Numbered from the stretch's first letter, positions 1-10,114 are shown. The stretch: 51,751 bases of DNA from an uncultured archaeon (GCA_964631415.1 CAZVZC010000009.1:2196-53946); one strand, 5' to 3'. The notes: generated by a model not told the origin, from the letters alone. Program-made: numbers and translations.

Positions 1-1565
1 ACGAGATAGACCCTGCCACCGTAATCTGCGAGGTGGTATTCACCGATTCTTCCGGCTATCTGGAGGTATCTTGACCTGCTGTTCACATAGCCCATTGAGT
101 TGTCGTACAGGATAACGATGCAATCGAACGGGAAGCTTATACCTGCAGTAATGCCTGTAGTCGAAACAACTGTCTTGATATCACCACTCTTTACAGCTTT
201 CTCAAGTCTTCCAAGTAGGGCAGAGTCCAGTCCGGCGTGATGGAAAGCAACACCGGACTGCAGAGTCTTTCGTAGGCGTCGGGCTGCAGGCATGTCATCG
301 CTTGGGCTGACAATCTGGTCCACGAGTGCGCTGTTCACAGACTGCAAGTGTCTACTTGCGACGTACTCCGCCACTGACTCGGTTCGAGATCTCGAACCTG
401 TGACTATGAGTAGTGCCTTGTTCTGGTTGCTGCCGATATGTTCTAGCACCGCGCCAATCACGTCATCGCCGGATGCCTGATAGTCCGCAGTGCCATCACT
501 ACTGCGTATGTCGACTGTGTCAATGTTTCTGGTCACGATGAACTCGTCCGGGATGAGGGTGACACTGGGTCTGAAGACTCTCGCCTTCAACCACCTTGTC
601 ACGTTCTGAGTCCCACCAAACCGCGATGAGAGCGTGATCACCTTTGCCTGCCGCTTGAGGAGTGTAATAAGACAGTCTAGCCTAGCACTCCTGTCACTTC
701 CCAACTCTTGGGAGTCGAGTTCGGTGGCTTCATCCACTATTACTAACCCGATGTTCTGAATCCATGATTTCCTCTGCAGGATTGCCAAGAATGCAGACTC
801 GTATACTGATACAACCAAGTCGGCTCTTTCAAGGTCTTCGTCTATTCCTCTGACTTGCCCATCATGTCTGACAACTGAAAGCCCCAGATCATGCAACAGG
901 ACTCCGTATTCATCGATTATCTGGCGGTTCAAGGACATGTATGGGCTGATGTAAAGGCATTTCACCTTTCTTTCAACACTAGTCAGAATGCCGATGATTC
1001 CCAGGAAGGTCTTCCCTGACCCCGGCGGCATCTGGATTATGAGGTTGTCATCAATCTTATCGATTTCCCTGAGGAACTTCTCCTGTGCCGGAAGCAGACG
1101 AACGAAGTTCTTGTGTTTCAGCAGCAGCTTTGCGGCTCGCTGCACGTCGGTGTCAGTGGAGGCTGGTCCTCTCATACCCCTGACTGCTTCAAGTGCGATT
1201 CGCCCCTCATGGGTCGCAGTGAACCTTCGCTGTTTCTTTCCCTTGCCGCCTGCCGGCTGGACGAATCCCGCCTGAATCAGCTTATTCATACTCTCATAGA
1301 GAGTACCTCCAGAAGCGAACCGTCTTCGTAGTTTCTCGTATTTCGCGTAATCATTCGTTCTCTCATCATCAGGACCATGCAATGGCTTAGAAACACCCAT
1401 CAGAGTCAGTATTCCTTCGACTATGGCATCCCATCCTAGAGCGGGAACCACATCTCCTGTCTTGGGACACAGAACCTCAAGTATCTCCAATGAGTAACGG
1501 TTGCCGAGGGTCTTCAGGTTCTCTCTCAGCCCAGCCGTCTCTGAGTCCTCCCTCGGTTCCGACAT
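1..1565 (-). CDS. Ski2/Hel308-like SF2 helicase with N-terminal winged-helix (PadR/ArsR-like) domain; 3' end runs off the window
   Basis: Not in the ORF track; translated by hand from ATG at 1565 (MSEPREDSETAGLRENLKTLGNRYSLEILEVL...GGTLYESMNKLIQAGFV...). Shows Q-motif LLPAQE, Walker A MPPGSGKT, motif II IVDEAT, GVAFHHAGL and YLQIAGRIG. The frame stays open to the window edge. Confidence 0.85.
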   Translation of the reverse strand, partial: MSEPREDSETAGLRENLKTLGNRYSLEILEVLCPKTGDVVPALGWDAIVEGILTLMGVSKPLHGPDDERTNDYAKYEKLRRRFASGGTLYESMNKLIQAGFVQPAGGKGKKQRRFTATHEGRIALEAVRGMRGPASTDTDVQRAAKLLLKHKNFVRLLPAQEKFLREIDKIDDNLIIQMPPGSGKTFLGIIGILTSVERKVKCLYISPYMSLNRQIIDEYGVLLHDLGLSVVRHDGQVRGIDEDLERADLVVSVYESAFLAILQRKSWIQNIGLVIVDEATELDSQELGSDRSARLDCLITLLKRQAKVITLSSRFGGTQNVTRWLKARVFRPSVTLIPDEFIVTRNIDTVDIRSSDGTADYQASGDDVIGAVLEHIGSNQNKALLIVTGSRSRTESVAEYVASRHLQSVNSALVDQIVSPSDDMPAARRLRKTLQSGVAFHHAGLDSALLGRLEKAVKSGDIKTVVSTTGITAGISFPFDCIVILYDNSMGYVNSRSRYLQIAGRIGEYHLADYGGRVYL

Positions 1566-1680
1566 CGCAATCATTTCTCACTCTGTGAGGCATCGTAAAA
1601 AGATTGCTTTCATTCTGCAGATAATACTCGGCCTTTTGTTCAATGCCCTGATTGCTATCCACGAACCTGAGGTGAAATGG

Positions 1681-2079
1681 GTGCGTATCTTTCGACGCAA
1701 GGACGGTAAGGACGGTCCTCCTGCTGGTGCGACATCTGAGAAGGCTCGCGCGTATCTCGGTCTGTTCTCACCCACACCTGAAACTTCGGAGCTGGAGGTT
1801 TCCCACGATTGCAGGAGGCTCTCTGAACTGGAGTCTGTCTTCATCAGGTCGAAGCGACTAGAATCATTGGAGGATGTTTCCTTCGTCGCGAATGAAATCC
1901 GCGACGGCTGTATTGTCCTGTTGGACATATCTAGGCTCAACGATGGAAAGGAGCAGAACCACCTCGAACTGAAGCGCATAATCGAGAGGATTCGCGGTGA
2001 AACTCGCGGTTATGGCGCAGACATTGCTCTTGTCAACGAGAACTGTGTAATCGTGACTCCATCCTTCGTCAGGTTTTGA
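1681..2079 (+). CDS. sepF: Cell division protein SepF (archaeal type)
   Basis: C-terminal LESLEDVSFVANEIRDGCIVLLDIS...LKRIIERIR...GADIALVNENCVIVTPSFVRF fits the SepF core. GTG at 1681 follows GAGGTGA; the track's start at 1501 overlaps the helicase gene. Confidence 0.8.
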   Translation: MRIFRRKDGKDGPPAGATSEKARAYLGLFSPTPETSELEVSHDCRRLSELESVFIRSKRLESLEDVSFVANEIRDGCIVLLDISRLNDGKEQNHLELKRIIERIRGETRGYGADIALVNENCVIVTPSFVRF

Positions 2080-2156
2080 CAGAAGTCGTAGCAGGACGAA
2101 TAGCGACCGAAACTCACTGAGAACGGTCGGCATTTCGTTGTCTGTGTTCTTGGGCA

Positions 2157-4076
2157 CTACCTGAGTTTGGCACTTTCAGTGACAGTCATTGCTTTAGTTT
2201 CGATGTTCAATGCCTTGTGGATGGTTGAGGCCAAGTTCATACACTTGGTCGCCTCGCCGTGGCACGTGAGTATCATCTCAGGCACAGGACTTACGCGCTT
2301 GACGAAGTTGAGAATCTGCTTTCGGTCTGAGTGGCCAGAGAACCCCTCAACTGTTTCAACCTGAAGGTTGATGGGAACCACCGTCACATTTCCCTCACGG
2401 TTGCGCATCTGAGTTTCCTTCCAACCCTTCTGTACTCTGCGTCCTAACGTTCCCTCGCCTTGATAGCTAACAAAGACCACAGCATTGTTGGTATCTGGAG
2501 CCAGCAGTCTGAAGTAGTCCACGCTGGGGCCACCAGCGAGCATTCCGGATGTTGCCATAATGATACAGGGCTCTGCTGATACTATCTGCTCACGCTGGTC
2601 CGGGTTGTCGACCTGAGTGAATATCTCATTCAGGAACGGGTTGACTCCTTGATGAAATATCATCTCACGTATCTTCTTGCTGAGTGCCTCTGGGTGCGTC
2701 GTGTGAATCGCCGTCGCCTGGGCAATCATGCCTTCGATGTAGACGGGAACCTTCGGTATGCGCTTCTTTGACACGAGATCCTCCAGAACGAGCATTATCT
2801 CTTGTGCACGTCCCACAGCTAGAACCGGTATGAGTACCTTGCCGCCCCTCTCGATAGTCCTTCTTATCACAGAGGCGAACTTACGTTCAACTTCCTGTCT
2901 TGGAGGCATCTTGTCCGTGGGATGGCCGTAGGTGCTTTCTATGATGAGGGTTTCAAGCCTTGGGAATGTGAATGTTGCAGGCTCAAGGAGTCTGGTCCTA
3001 CCAAACTTGAAGTCGCCCGTGTATGCCAAGTTGTACTGCCCATCACCTATGTGAAGATGGACAATCGCCGAACCCAGTATGTGCCCGGCATTGTGAAGTG
3101 TGAGCCGCACATCAGGTGCGATGTCTGTGACCTCGCCGTAGTTCAGCGGTATAGTGTGGAGGATTGCCTCCTTGACATCTCTGTCTCGGTATGGTCTGAG
3201 CTTTCCCTCTCGCTCAGCGACCTCCAAGTAGTCCAACTGGAGCAGGGTCGAGAGGTTTAATGTTGGCGCAGTCATGTAGACTGGACCGCGGTATCCGTAC
3301 TTGAAGAGAAATGGAACCATGCCGCAGTGATCAAGGTGGGCATGAGTCACTATGACAGCATCCAGCTTGTCTATGTCTAGCTCGGGCATGTCAAGGCGTG
3401 GGAATGCTCTACTGGGAGCACCGACGTTGACGCCGCACTCAAGCAGGACATTCGTTTCGGATGTCTGTAGAAGCATACACTGTCTTCCGACCTCGCGGAA
3501 GCCACCCAGTGCTGTCAGTCTGATCCACCCATTATCGATGAGTATGGGGCGATGAATCCTTCTGCCAATCTCTCGGAAGACCCTGTTGCGATTTGCTGCC
3601 TCGGACTGGATAATGTAGCGTATCTGCTTAATCAGCTTACTCTCCATGGGGGGTGTTCGCATCACATTTGGCCGCCAGAATGTCTGCCGTGTGATTTCCC
3701 GGAGTGTGGTCCCACTCCTACCAATGACGAGGCCTGGTTTCTGTGCCTCGATCACGACTTCGCCGCGGGAGTCGTCGAAGTCGATTGATGTGATCTCAGC
3801 CTCTGCAGGCACGAGCTCACGCACTGCCTTCTCAGCCTCTTCATGTGGCAGCCTGATCTCGGGTGCAGATCTGACGACGATGCGCTTTCTCATCTTACGT
3901 GCAAGCGCTTTGATCTTGTCCCCGTCATCGAGCAGAATCTTGGGTGCCTTTGAGTAGATGGCTATCTCCGGTCCCTCATACTCGACAGAACTGATGGCTG
4001 CTGAGCGAGGTAAAGCCTTCATGATTGCCTCTCGGACATCAGTTATCTCCCTGTCCTCTTCATTCTCAGAATTCAT
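2157..4076 (-). CDS. fttA: KH-domain beta-CASP ribonuclease aCPSF1 / transcription termination factor FttA
   Basis: 639 aa with N-terminal KH region (KPGLVIGRSG), HAHLDH, NAGHILG, YTGD and FSGHSD motifs; adjacent to psmB as is usual in archaea. Confidence 0.95.
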   Translation of the reverse strand: MNSENEEDREITDVREAIMKALPRSAAISSVEYEGPEIAIYSKAPKILLDDGDKIKALARKMRKRIVVRSAPEIRLPHEEAEKAVRELVPAEAEITSIDFDDSRGEVVIEAQKPGLVIGRSGTTLREITRQTFWRPNVMRTPPMESKLIKQIRYIIQSEAANRNRVFREIGRRIHRPILIDNGWIRLTALGGFREVGRQCMLLQTSETNVLLECGVNVGAPSRAFPRLDMPELDIDKLDAVIVTHAHLDHCGMVPFLFKYGYRGPVYMTAPTLNLSTLLQLDYLEVAEREGKLRPYRDRDVKEAILHTIPLNYGEVTDIAPDVRLTLHNAGHILGSAIVHLHIGDGQYNLAYTGDFKFGRTRLLEPATFTFPRLETLIIESTYGHPTDKMPPRQEVERKFASVIRRTIERGGKVLIPVLAVGRAQEIMLVLEDLVSKKRIPKVPVYIEGMIAQATAIHTTHPEALSKKIREMIFHQGVNPFLNEIFTQVDNPDQREQIVSAEPCIIMATSGMLAGGPSVDYFRLLAPDTNNAVVFVSYQGEGTLGRRVQKGWKETQMRNREGNVTVVPINLQVETVEGFSGHSDRKQILNFVKRVSPVPEMILTCHGEATKCMNLASTIHKALNIETKAMTVTESAKLR

Positions 4077-4199
4077 CTAGAGTCACATCTCAGTTGTGGG
4101 TCTGTCACGTCACAGGTCTGCCACTCGGTTCGTCCATGTCCTCGGAGGATAGGACTCATGTGTAGTGTGTTTCGCTGACCACCAGCAGGGCCAAGCCCA

Positions 4200-4838
4200 T
4201 CATGGCTTCTTCCAGATCTTCAGTATCTCTTCCTTGGGCACTTCCTGATACCCGTCTTTGTCAATAACACTCACAAGGATTGAGTTACCCGTGGCGGCAT
4301 CTCTCTCGATCGCAGCCGCAATAGCCCTTATGGCGAGCTCGATAGCCTTCTTCTTGGGAAGGTTCTCCTCATACTCTGCCTCTAGGACACCGAGTGCAAC
4401 GGGCGACCCTGATCCGGTCGCTGTGAACTTGTCTGGCAAGACGGACCCAATGAAGTCGGTATAGAAGACTTGGGGGCCCTCGTCGTCGAATCCTCCTACA
4501 AGGCTCTGCAATAGGTAGGTTCCCCGCGATTGGAACATTATATTGCTTAGAAGGCGCGTCAAGGCCTTCACTCGCATTGGTCTGCCTCTCTGAATCTCAA
4601 ACAGCTTCGATTCAGCTCTGAGAAGCTCCATGATAGACTGTGCGTCTGCCACAGAGCCTGCAATGGTTGCTCCTATACGGTTAGTGATCTTGTATATCTT
4701 CTGAGCAGCCTTGTTGGCAATCAGATAGCCCATTGTTGCTCTCTGGTCGCTGGCCAAGACAACGCAGTCCTTTGCGATTAGGCCGAGAGTTGTTGTTCCC
4801 GTCTTTAGCTCAGCCGGGGGTTCCATCTGATGTTCCAT
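4200..4838 (-). CDS. psmB: Proteasome beta subunit
   Basis: Short propeptide then KTGTTTLG; GSVADAQ; ATGSGS; RDAATG. Confidence 0.97.
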   Translation of the reverse strand: MEHQMEPPAELKTGTTTLGLIAKDCVVLASDQRATMGYLIANKAAQKIYKITNRIGATIAGSVADAQSIMELLRAESKLFEIQRGRPMRVKALTRLLSNIMFQSRGTYLLQSLVGGFDDEGPQVFYTDFIGSVLPDKFTATGSGSPVALGVLEAEYEENLPKKKAIELAIRAIAAAIERDAATGNSILVSVIDKDGYQEVPKEEILKIWKKP

Positions 4839-4967
4839 CGTCGAATAACTCCCTGTAGGCGAGATTAGGCCTTGTAGAACTAGCGACGAACGGCCCTTCC
4901 TCCAATCCTATTAAAAGGTTTGGATGAGAAACATCTGTCATTTTTGGCGGGAACAATCACCCGCCCC

Positions 4968-5735
4968 CTACTCAGTCGTGTTCTCTTTCGGACGGTCGTA
5001 GGTGACGATGAACTTCACCTGCTTCAGATCCTTGTTGAGTCTTAGCACATCCGCCGCTATGCCAATCTCAGCATATTGAACCCCTTCGATATAACGGGTT
5101 TCCTTTGGCATCTCTATGGTGATGACCTCCTTGTCAGCCTGCACTGTATACTTGTCAGTTGGAAAAGCAGGTATCCTCCTCTTGACAATGGCCAAGATCT
5201 TCTCAGCCTGTTCATGAAGGATCTCTTTCACTGTGACATCGAACAAGAGGGTTCTTCCTGCGAGAGGAGGATTGAAGTCAACCCTCATTTGGCGTCCTAG
5301 GTCTGCAGTGATGATGCCCTGTTCATTACCAAGCTTCACCTTCTCGCCTTTCATCGGGCGCACGCCCTGCTTCACGACCTTGGCTCTAGGCACCAGTTTG
5401 ACCTTCTTTGGGTCTCTGCTGCCAGCTGCTTTCTCCGGGGGAATCTCGACGGCCTTACTCTCTCCGACCTTCATCCCAACGAGCTGTTCCTCTAGAGCAG
5501 GGAGTAACCATTTCCACCCCACTGCAACGAGCATGGGCTCATAGCGGTCGTTTTCCTTGAACAGGCCTTCTTTCTTCGCTACTTCCTCGATAGTGAGGTC
5601 GAAGATCTTTCCGTCGTCCTTGGTCTTGGCAACATAGTCAACGTAGACTAGGCTGCCATCGCTGGCCACTGCTTCACCTGTATCGGTCGCGCTAGGGATT
5701 GGTGCTTGCTTTTCCTTGCCTGTTTCTTCTGGCAT
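4968..5735 (-). CDS. Long-type FKBP peptidyl-prolyl isomerase (SlyD-like)
   Basis: VYVDY...GKIFD; GMKVGE; EIPPEKAAG; VDFNPPLAGRTLLFDV; archaeal C-terminal extension. Confidence 0.92.
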   Translation of the reverse strand: MPEETGKEKQAPIPSATDTGEAVASDGSLVYVDYVAKTKDDGKIFDLTIEEVAKKEGLFKENDRYEPMLVAVGWKWLLPALEEQLVGMKVGESKAVEIPPEKAAGSRDPKKVKLVPRAKVVKQGVRPMKGEKVKLGNEQGIITADLGRQMRVDFNPPLAGRTLLFDVTVKEILHEQAEKILAIVKRRIPAFPTDKYTVQADKEVITIEMPKETRYIEGVQYAEIGIAADVLRLNKDLKQVKFIVTYDRPKENTTE

Positions 5736-5782
5736 TTCGGACTCCCTCTAGGGCTCCAGGTTTGAGGTTTGGCCCTCTCAGT

Positions 5783-6397
5783 TCAGTCATCATAAAATGG
5801 TTTCCGTTGAGGCTCAAGCATGCCTTTCAGCACTTGGATTTCCTCGAAGAACAGCGCTTTCCGGGCGACACTTCTAACAGTCAAGCCGCACCGCTTCATG
5901 ACGGACTTGACCTGTTCAATGTTGGCAAGAGAGGACGCTACGGCATATAGGACCCCTGCTCTCGTAAGATGCCTAGCTGCTTGTTCGACGAACCTGACAG
6001 TCAGTTCTGTGCCATCTGCTCCTCCCAAGATGGCGTGGTCAATGTCAGTCCTCAAGCCATCATCTGGCAGGTAGGGCGGGTTGAACACAATGACAGAGAA
6101 GCGGGCAGACGTGTTTACTGCAGACAGAAGGTCAGACTGGATGATATTGCACCCATGCTCTAGTCCGTTCCGTCTTGCATTCTGCATGGCATTGCGTACT
6201 GCTTCGGTGGACGAGTCCGTCCCAATGACGAGCTTGGCAATCATCGCCGCGGTGAGAGTGATCAGTCCGGCACCACATCCGACCTCAAGGAAAGTGTCAC
6301 TGGGAAGGAGGACTATGGCATCAAGCAAGAGATATGTGTCCTCAGAGGGAGGATAAACACCAGGGTTGACAACAATGTCGAGTGGCTGGTTCCTCAT
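5783..6397 (-). CDS. HemK2/MTQ2-family protein (release factor) glutamine methyltransferase
   Basis: VYPPSEDTYLL, LEVGCGAG and FNPPYL motifs; directly downstream of rsmA. Confidence 0.92.
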   Translation of the reverse strand: MRNQPLDIVVNPGVYPPSEDTYLLLDAIVLLPSDTFLEVGCGAGLITLTAAMIAKLVIGTDSSTEAVRNAMQNARRNGLEHGCNIIQSDLLSAVNTSARFSVIVFNPPYLPDDGLRTDIDHAILGGADGTELTVRFVEQAARHLTRAGVLYAVASSLANIEQVKSVMKRCGLTVRSVARKALFFEEIQVLKGMLEPQRKPFYDD

Positions 6398-7272
6398 TTT
6401 GGTCCACGTCTCTCATCGGGCACCAAGCCATCGTCAATCATTCCCAGTACGTGGTCTGAGAGCCTCACAAGCATATCCAGGTCAAGGTCTCGCAGGCGTT
6501 CAGAGCCAATGAATTCTCCTGAACATCTCTGAACGAATGCTTCGAGGACTGATTCCTCACAGGATAGGTTTCTGAACCAGATTCCGAACGCCTTTCGTAT
6601 CTGTTTGTTGGGGTACGAGTAGACTCCGCGGACCATCCAGTGAAACACCTCTTCGTTTTGTGCCACAGGTCCGGATTCCCGATGTGTCACCCTCACCACA
6701 GTTGAATCGACCCTTGGTATTGGATAGAACTCTCGGGCCATGACGTGCATGATCATCTCTACATTAGCGCGATAGTTGATCTCGATTGTCAGACGGGAGT
6801 ATTCGGGAGTCCCCGGCTTTGATAGTAGTCGTTGGGCGAACTCCTTCTGATACATGAGTACTGCCTGCTGGAAGTCGACACCCTCCAAGAGCCGAAACGT
6901 GACGGGCGAGGCGATGCTATAGGGTAGGTTCGCGACGACCTTGTTGGCTTTTGGCAGTTCAATCTCAAGCGCGTCCCCCTCTATCACTTCTAGGTTGTCT
7001 TTCTCTGTAAACAGATTTCGTAGAGCGTTCGCAAGACCCGGGTCCTTCTCCACAACAAACACCTTACGGGCAGACTCCACCAACCATCTTGTCAGTACAC
7101 CAAGGCCTCCTCCCACCTCCAACACGTCGTCGTTTTTCGTGAGACTTGCTGCCTTCACAATCTCTCGTGCTATTGAGGAGTTGATGAGGAAGCTCTGTCC
7201 AAGTTTCTTCCTAGGTGTGACGCCGTACTTTCTGAGTGACGACCTTATCTCATCTGACAATGGGGTCACCAA
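6394..7272 (-). CDS. rsmA: 16S rRNA dimethyladenosine transferase KsgA/Dim1
   Basis: KKLGQSFL, VLEVGGGLG, ANLPYSI, QKEFAQRL, FYPIPRVDS. Confidence 0.95.
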   Translation of the reverse strand: MVTPLSDEIRSSLRKYGVTPRKKLGQSFLINSSIAREIVKAASLTKNDDVLEVGGGLGVLTRWLVESARKVFVVEKDPGLANALRNLFTEKDNLEVIEGDALEIELPKANKVVANLPYSIASPVTFRLLEGVDFQQAVLMYQKEFAQRLLSKPGTPEYSRLTIEINYRANVEMIMHVMAREFYPIPRVDSTVVRVTHRESGPVAQNEEVFHWMVRGVYSYPNKQIRKAFGIWFRNLSCEESVLEAFVQRCSGEFIGSERLRDLDLDMLVRLSDHVLGMIDDGLVPDERRGPK

Positions 7273-7284
7273 CAGTTACGCCTA

Positions 7285-7881
7285 CTACTTCTTGGCCCTC
7301 TCATCATCGTTTCGCGGAGGTGGCCTGACGAAGAGCCATCGCTTGACGTCATCGCTCAACTCAGCGATGATCCTCGCAGTGACCATCTTCTTCGGATTCT
7401 GCAGCTTTGTCCGCGCAGATATGTCCTCGAAGCTCTTGAATGGTTCTCTCTTTCTCTCCTCGAGTATTGCCCACATAAGGGTCTGTCCAATCCCTGGTAG
7501 CAGCTGCAGGGAGTGCATTCTCGTAGTCATTGGCGGAGCCTGATTGAAGAACTGAACGAAATTGTGCTCATGCTTCGTGACAATGATCTCCACCACAAAC
7601 GGAAGCTCGGTGGCGCTCTCAGGCACAAGGTCTTCATAGGCAATGCGGCGCTTGGCGTGGTCTATCTTCCCTTTTGAGTTCCTCTCAAGAGAAACTCGTT
7701 CCTGGGAACTGATCTTGGCGCCTCTAGATGGCGCAAGCTCCAGTAGTGTGAAGTGTGACTCTCCAATGGCCTGTACTACCGTTTCACCCTGAGGACGAGA
7801 AGAGCGGAGATGCAGCTTCGGTAGGACAACTGCCAAGACATATGCATGGGTCTCTGACAGTCTGCCTTGTGATTCTTCCAT
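7285..7881 (-). CDS. DUF655 family predicted RNA-binding protein
   Basis: QAIGESHFTLLEL; FFNQAPPMTTRMHSLQLLPGIG (HhH); conserved position between rpo4 and rsmA. Confidence 0.9.
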   Translation of the reverse strand: MEESQGRLSETHAYVLAVVLPKLHLRSSRPQGETVVQAIGESHFTLLELAPSRGAKISSQERVSLERNSKGKIDHAKRRIAYEDLVPESATELPFVVEIIVTKHEHNFVQFFNQAPPMTTRMHSLQLLPGIGQTLMWAILEERKREPFKSFEDISARTKLQNPKKMVTARIIAELSDDVKRWLFVRPPPRNDDERAKK

Positions 7882-8003
7882 CTCTTCTCACTCCTGGCGA
7901 ACTTGGGCCGCATCGCTGAGAGCATGTGCAAGTCGCGATAAAAATCAATCGGGCGCTCGATGTCTGCCTCAGGTCTAGTTGACCATGGACCAGAAGTTCT
8001 ATC

Positions 8004-8342
8004 TCACTCGGCCCTGCTCTTCGTCACGAATTCCACGATCTCTGCAATCTGTTCCTGTGTAACGCTGGTTGAGCGTGCATCCAGAATCGTTCGCATTTCC
8101 TCCGGGCTGGTCGGAGCAATGTTCACCACTTGAACAGCGAGAGATCTGCTTATGTTGTAGGTCTTCATGAGCTTCTCGACCACCTTGACGGCGACCGCCG
8201 GTGCCATCTTCGAGAAGGTTGATGCATGCTCGAGTGTGATTGTCTGCTGAAAAGACAGTTCTCCCTCTTTTGCGCGCTTGGCGAGAACCTTCTTGACCTG
8301 CGGGAGAGTGATCTCCTCCTCACTCACAATCTCCTTAGGCAT
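8004..8342 (-). CDS. rpo4: RNA polymerase subunit Rpo4 (F)
   Basis: EITLPQVKKVL...ELSFQQTITLEHASTFSK...VNIAPTSPEEMRTIL; follows rpl21e. Confidence 0.9.
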   Translation of the reverse strand: MPKEIVSEEEITLPQVKKVLAKRAKEGELSFQQTITLEHASTFSKMAPAVAVKVVEKLMKTYNISRSLAVQVVNIAPTSPEEMRTILDARSTSVTQEQIAEIVEFVTKSRAE

Positions 8343-8348
8343 CTTCTT

Positions 8349-8645
8349 TCAGCCTCTGCTTGGTCGGAGATGCTCGGGTCTGACTATGATGGTCCTCACA
8401 GCTTTTCCTTGAGTGACATCAACGAGGATTCCTCTACCTCTCTTGTCACTGACTACACCTGTCCTGCCTTGGTACCTGCGATGAGGCATGCCCTTGTGGA
8501 CGCTTGAGTTAATGACTATGTCAACGTGTTGACCGACTTCATAATCTATGAGAATGCTGCTGAGGGGCGTGATACCACGTGTTCGGACCTTCTTACTCAT
8601 GAGGGCGCGTGTCCGAGCACGAAAACCATGACTCTTTTTGACCAT
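8349..8645 (-). CDS. rpl21e: 50S ribosomal protein eL21
   Basis: KSHGFRARTR; HKGMPHRRYQGRTG; VRPEHL. Confidence 0.97.
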   Translation of the reverse strand: MVKKSHGFRARTRALMSKKVRTRGITPLSSILIDYEVGQHVDIVINSSVHKGMPHRRYQGRTGVVSDKRGRGILVDVTQGKAVRTIIVRPEHLRPSRG

Positions 8646-8737
8646 GGGGCATCATCTCACTCATCATGGTACCTCAGCTTGCCAGAAGTCTATGATACGG
8701 CATACCCGAGGTCCAGCAAACGCCCTTTGGCGAACAC

Positions 8738-10114
8738 TTAAGCGTTATGGTCTGTTTCGGCAGAACGAACGGACAATACCACAAGTTCTTGGCAGACACA
8801 TTCGACGTTGAGGATTCCGGACAGCGACGGTCTTGTCCTACCGTCGTCCCCCGATATCAGTTCCTTCACATAAGTCCCTCCTTGCACTATGAAGTTTCCG
8901 TCCAGAAGGCCATCTTCCCTAGGACTCAGTTTCACTTCGTACACGCGTTTCCTTCTGAGCAAGTCCTTCCTACGGTGTGATACTCGAGTCGGGGTCCTCT
9001 GTTCAATCTCTATTCCTGAAAGCTCCCGCTCAGCTCTTCTCAATTCCTGCTCTTCTAGGTGGCTTGCTGACTTTATGATGGCTGAGTACTCCTTGACATT
9101 CCTCGATGACTCGTGCTTGAGGAACTGCGCGCGTTCTCTCTGTGAAGCTTGAAGCTCAGCCACCTCAACTCTTCCCTGAGCGCCCTCATTAATGGCTTGA
9201 GTCAGTTCCTGAAAATCCAAGGTCCTCACGCGTGGTCTAGAGATTTCTACGACAAATGGCCGGCCTGAACCAAGCATGAGTGCATCGATGTCTTCTCGGC
9301 CGGCTCCGTGGAACTTGAAACCCGTTCCTTGGGATAATGTCTGAACAGGAATGCCTACATACTCGGCTATGGAGTCGGGATATCTCCTGCCCGTGCCTCC
9401 ACACGATTCGCATCCTCTCCCTCCGCAAGCCGTGCAGTCCCATCTGCTCTGAGGGATTCCCCTTACGAGTTTTCGATATCTCCCATAGATGAAGATTGGG
9501 TTGATTTGAAGGTCTAGGGTGTCACGAATCATATCGTACACAATCACGATGTCGGAACGCTCGAAGTTGGCCTCCTTTTCCAGTGCTCTCTGAACCTGTT
9601 TCCCGAGTTCTCTGTTGAAATCAGACTTCAGGGGTTCACCCCGAAGAAGGCTGAAACGCGCTCTGAGCTCTTCTTCGCGTTCCGCAAGAGCCGGCACTGG
9701 AATACAACCGATCAAGAAAGTGTTGAATTCAATGTTCTTGGTGGTTTCTATGACCCTCCCAGCGATTTCTGATGCTCTCCCAAAGACACTCCCTCCTTCT
9801 AATGAGCACAGATGACATTCTCTGGCCGAGGGTGGGTCTATTCCATTCTTCTTGATGAGCGTCCCTGCCGGCCCAAAGGATCCATTACCAGCAAGTTCGG
9901 TAAGAATCTTCAATCCTCCTGCTCTATCGCCCGACTTGATTTGCTCGTCGGCCTGCATTGAGAGAAGCAGTTTCATGGAGCGTCCTCTCTCTTGATTTGA
10001 CGTGTCAGTGCTGAGCCATGCAAACTGACGTCCAAGACACTGGTCGCATAGAGGATACTGACTCAGCATCTGTTCGGCGATGTCCAAGAGGTTTCTCTTG
10101 TCCGTATTTCCCAA
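8738..10114 (-). CDS. pus10: tRNA pseudouridine(54/55) synthase Pus10
   Basis: LCDQCLGRQFA; GRYRKLVRGIPQSRW; FHGAGREDIDALMLG; GGTYVKELISGD. Start uncertain: TTG 10114 has a GGAG upstream; the ORF extends to 10156. Confidence 0.93.
   Translation of the reverse strand: MGNTDKRNLLDIAEQMLSQYPLCDQCLGRQFAWLSTDTSNQERGRSMKLLLSMQADEQIKSGDRAGGLKILTELAGNGSFGPAGTLIKKNGIDPPSARECHLCSLEGGSVFGRASEIAGRVIETTKNIEFNTFLIGCIPVPALAEREEELRARFSLLRGEPLKSDFNRELGKQVQRALEKEANFERSDIVIVYDMIRDTLDLQINPIFIYGRYRKLVRGIPQSRWDCTACGGRGCESCGGTGRRYPDSIAEYVGIPVQTLSQGTGFKFHGAGREDIDALMLGSGRPFVVEISRPRVRTLDFQELTQAINEGAQGRVEVAELQASQRERAQFLKHESSRNVKEYSAIIKSASHLEEQELRRAERELSGIEIEQRTPTRVSHRRKDLLRRKRVYEVKLSPREDGLLDGNFIVQGGTYVKELISGDDGRTRPSLSGILNVECVCQELVVLSVRSAETDHNA

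Noticed and set aside
1501-1680. Extended N-terminus of the SepF ORF (and similar over-long starts at 16063, 18878, 21149, 34336, 44610)
   Set aside because: These extensions overlap neighbouring genes or promoters; family similarity and SD-like motifs begin at downstream starts.
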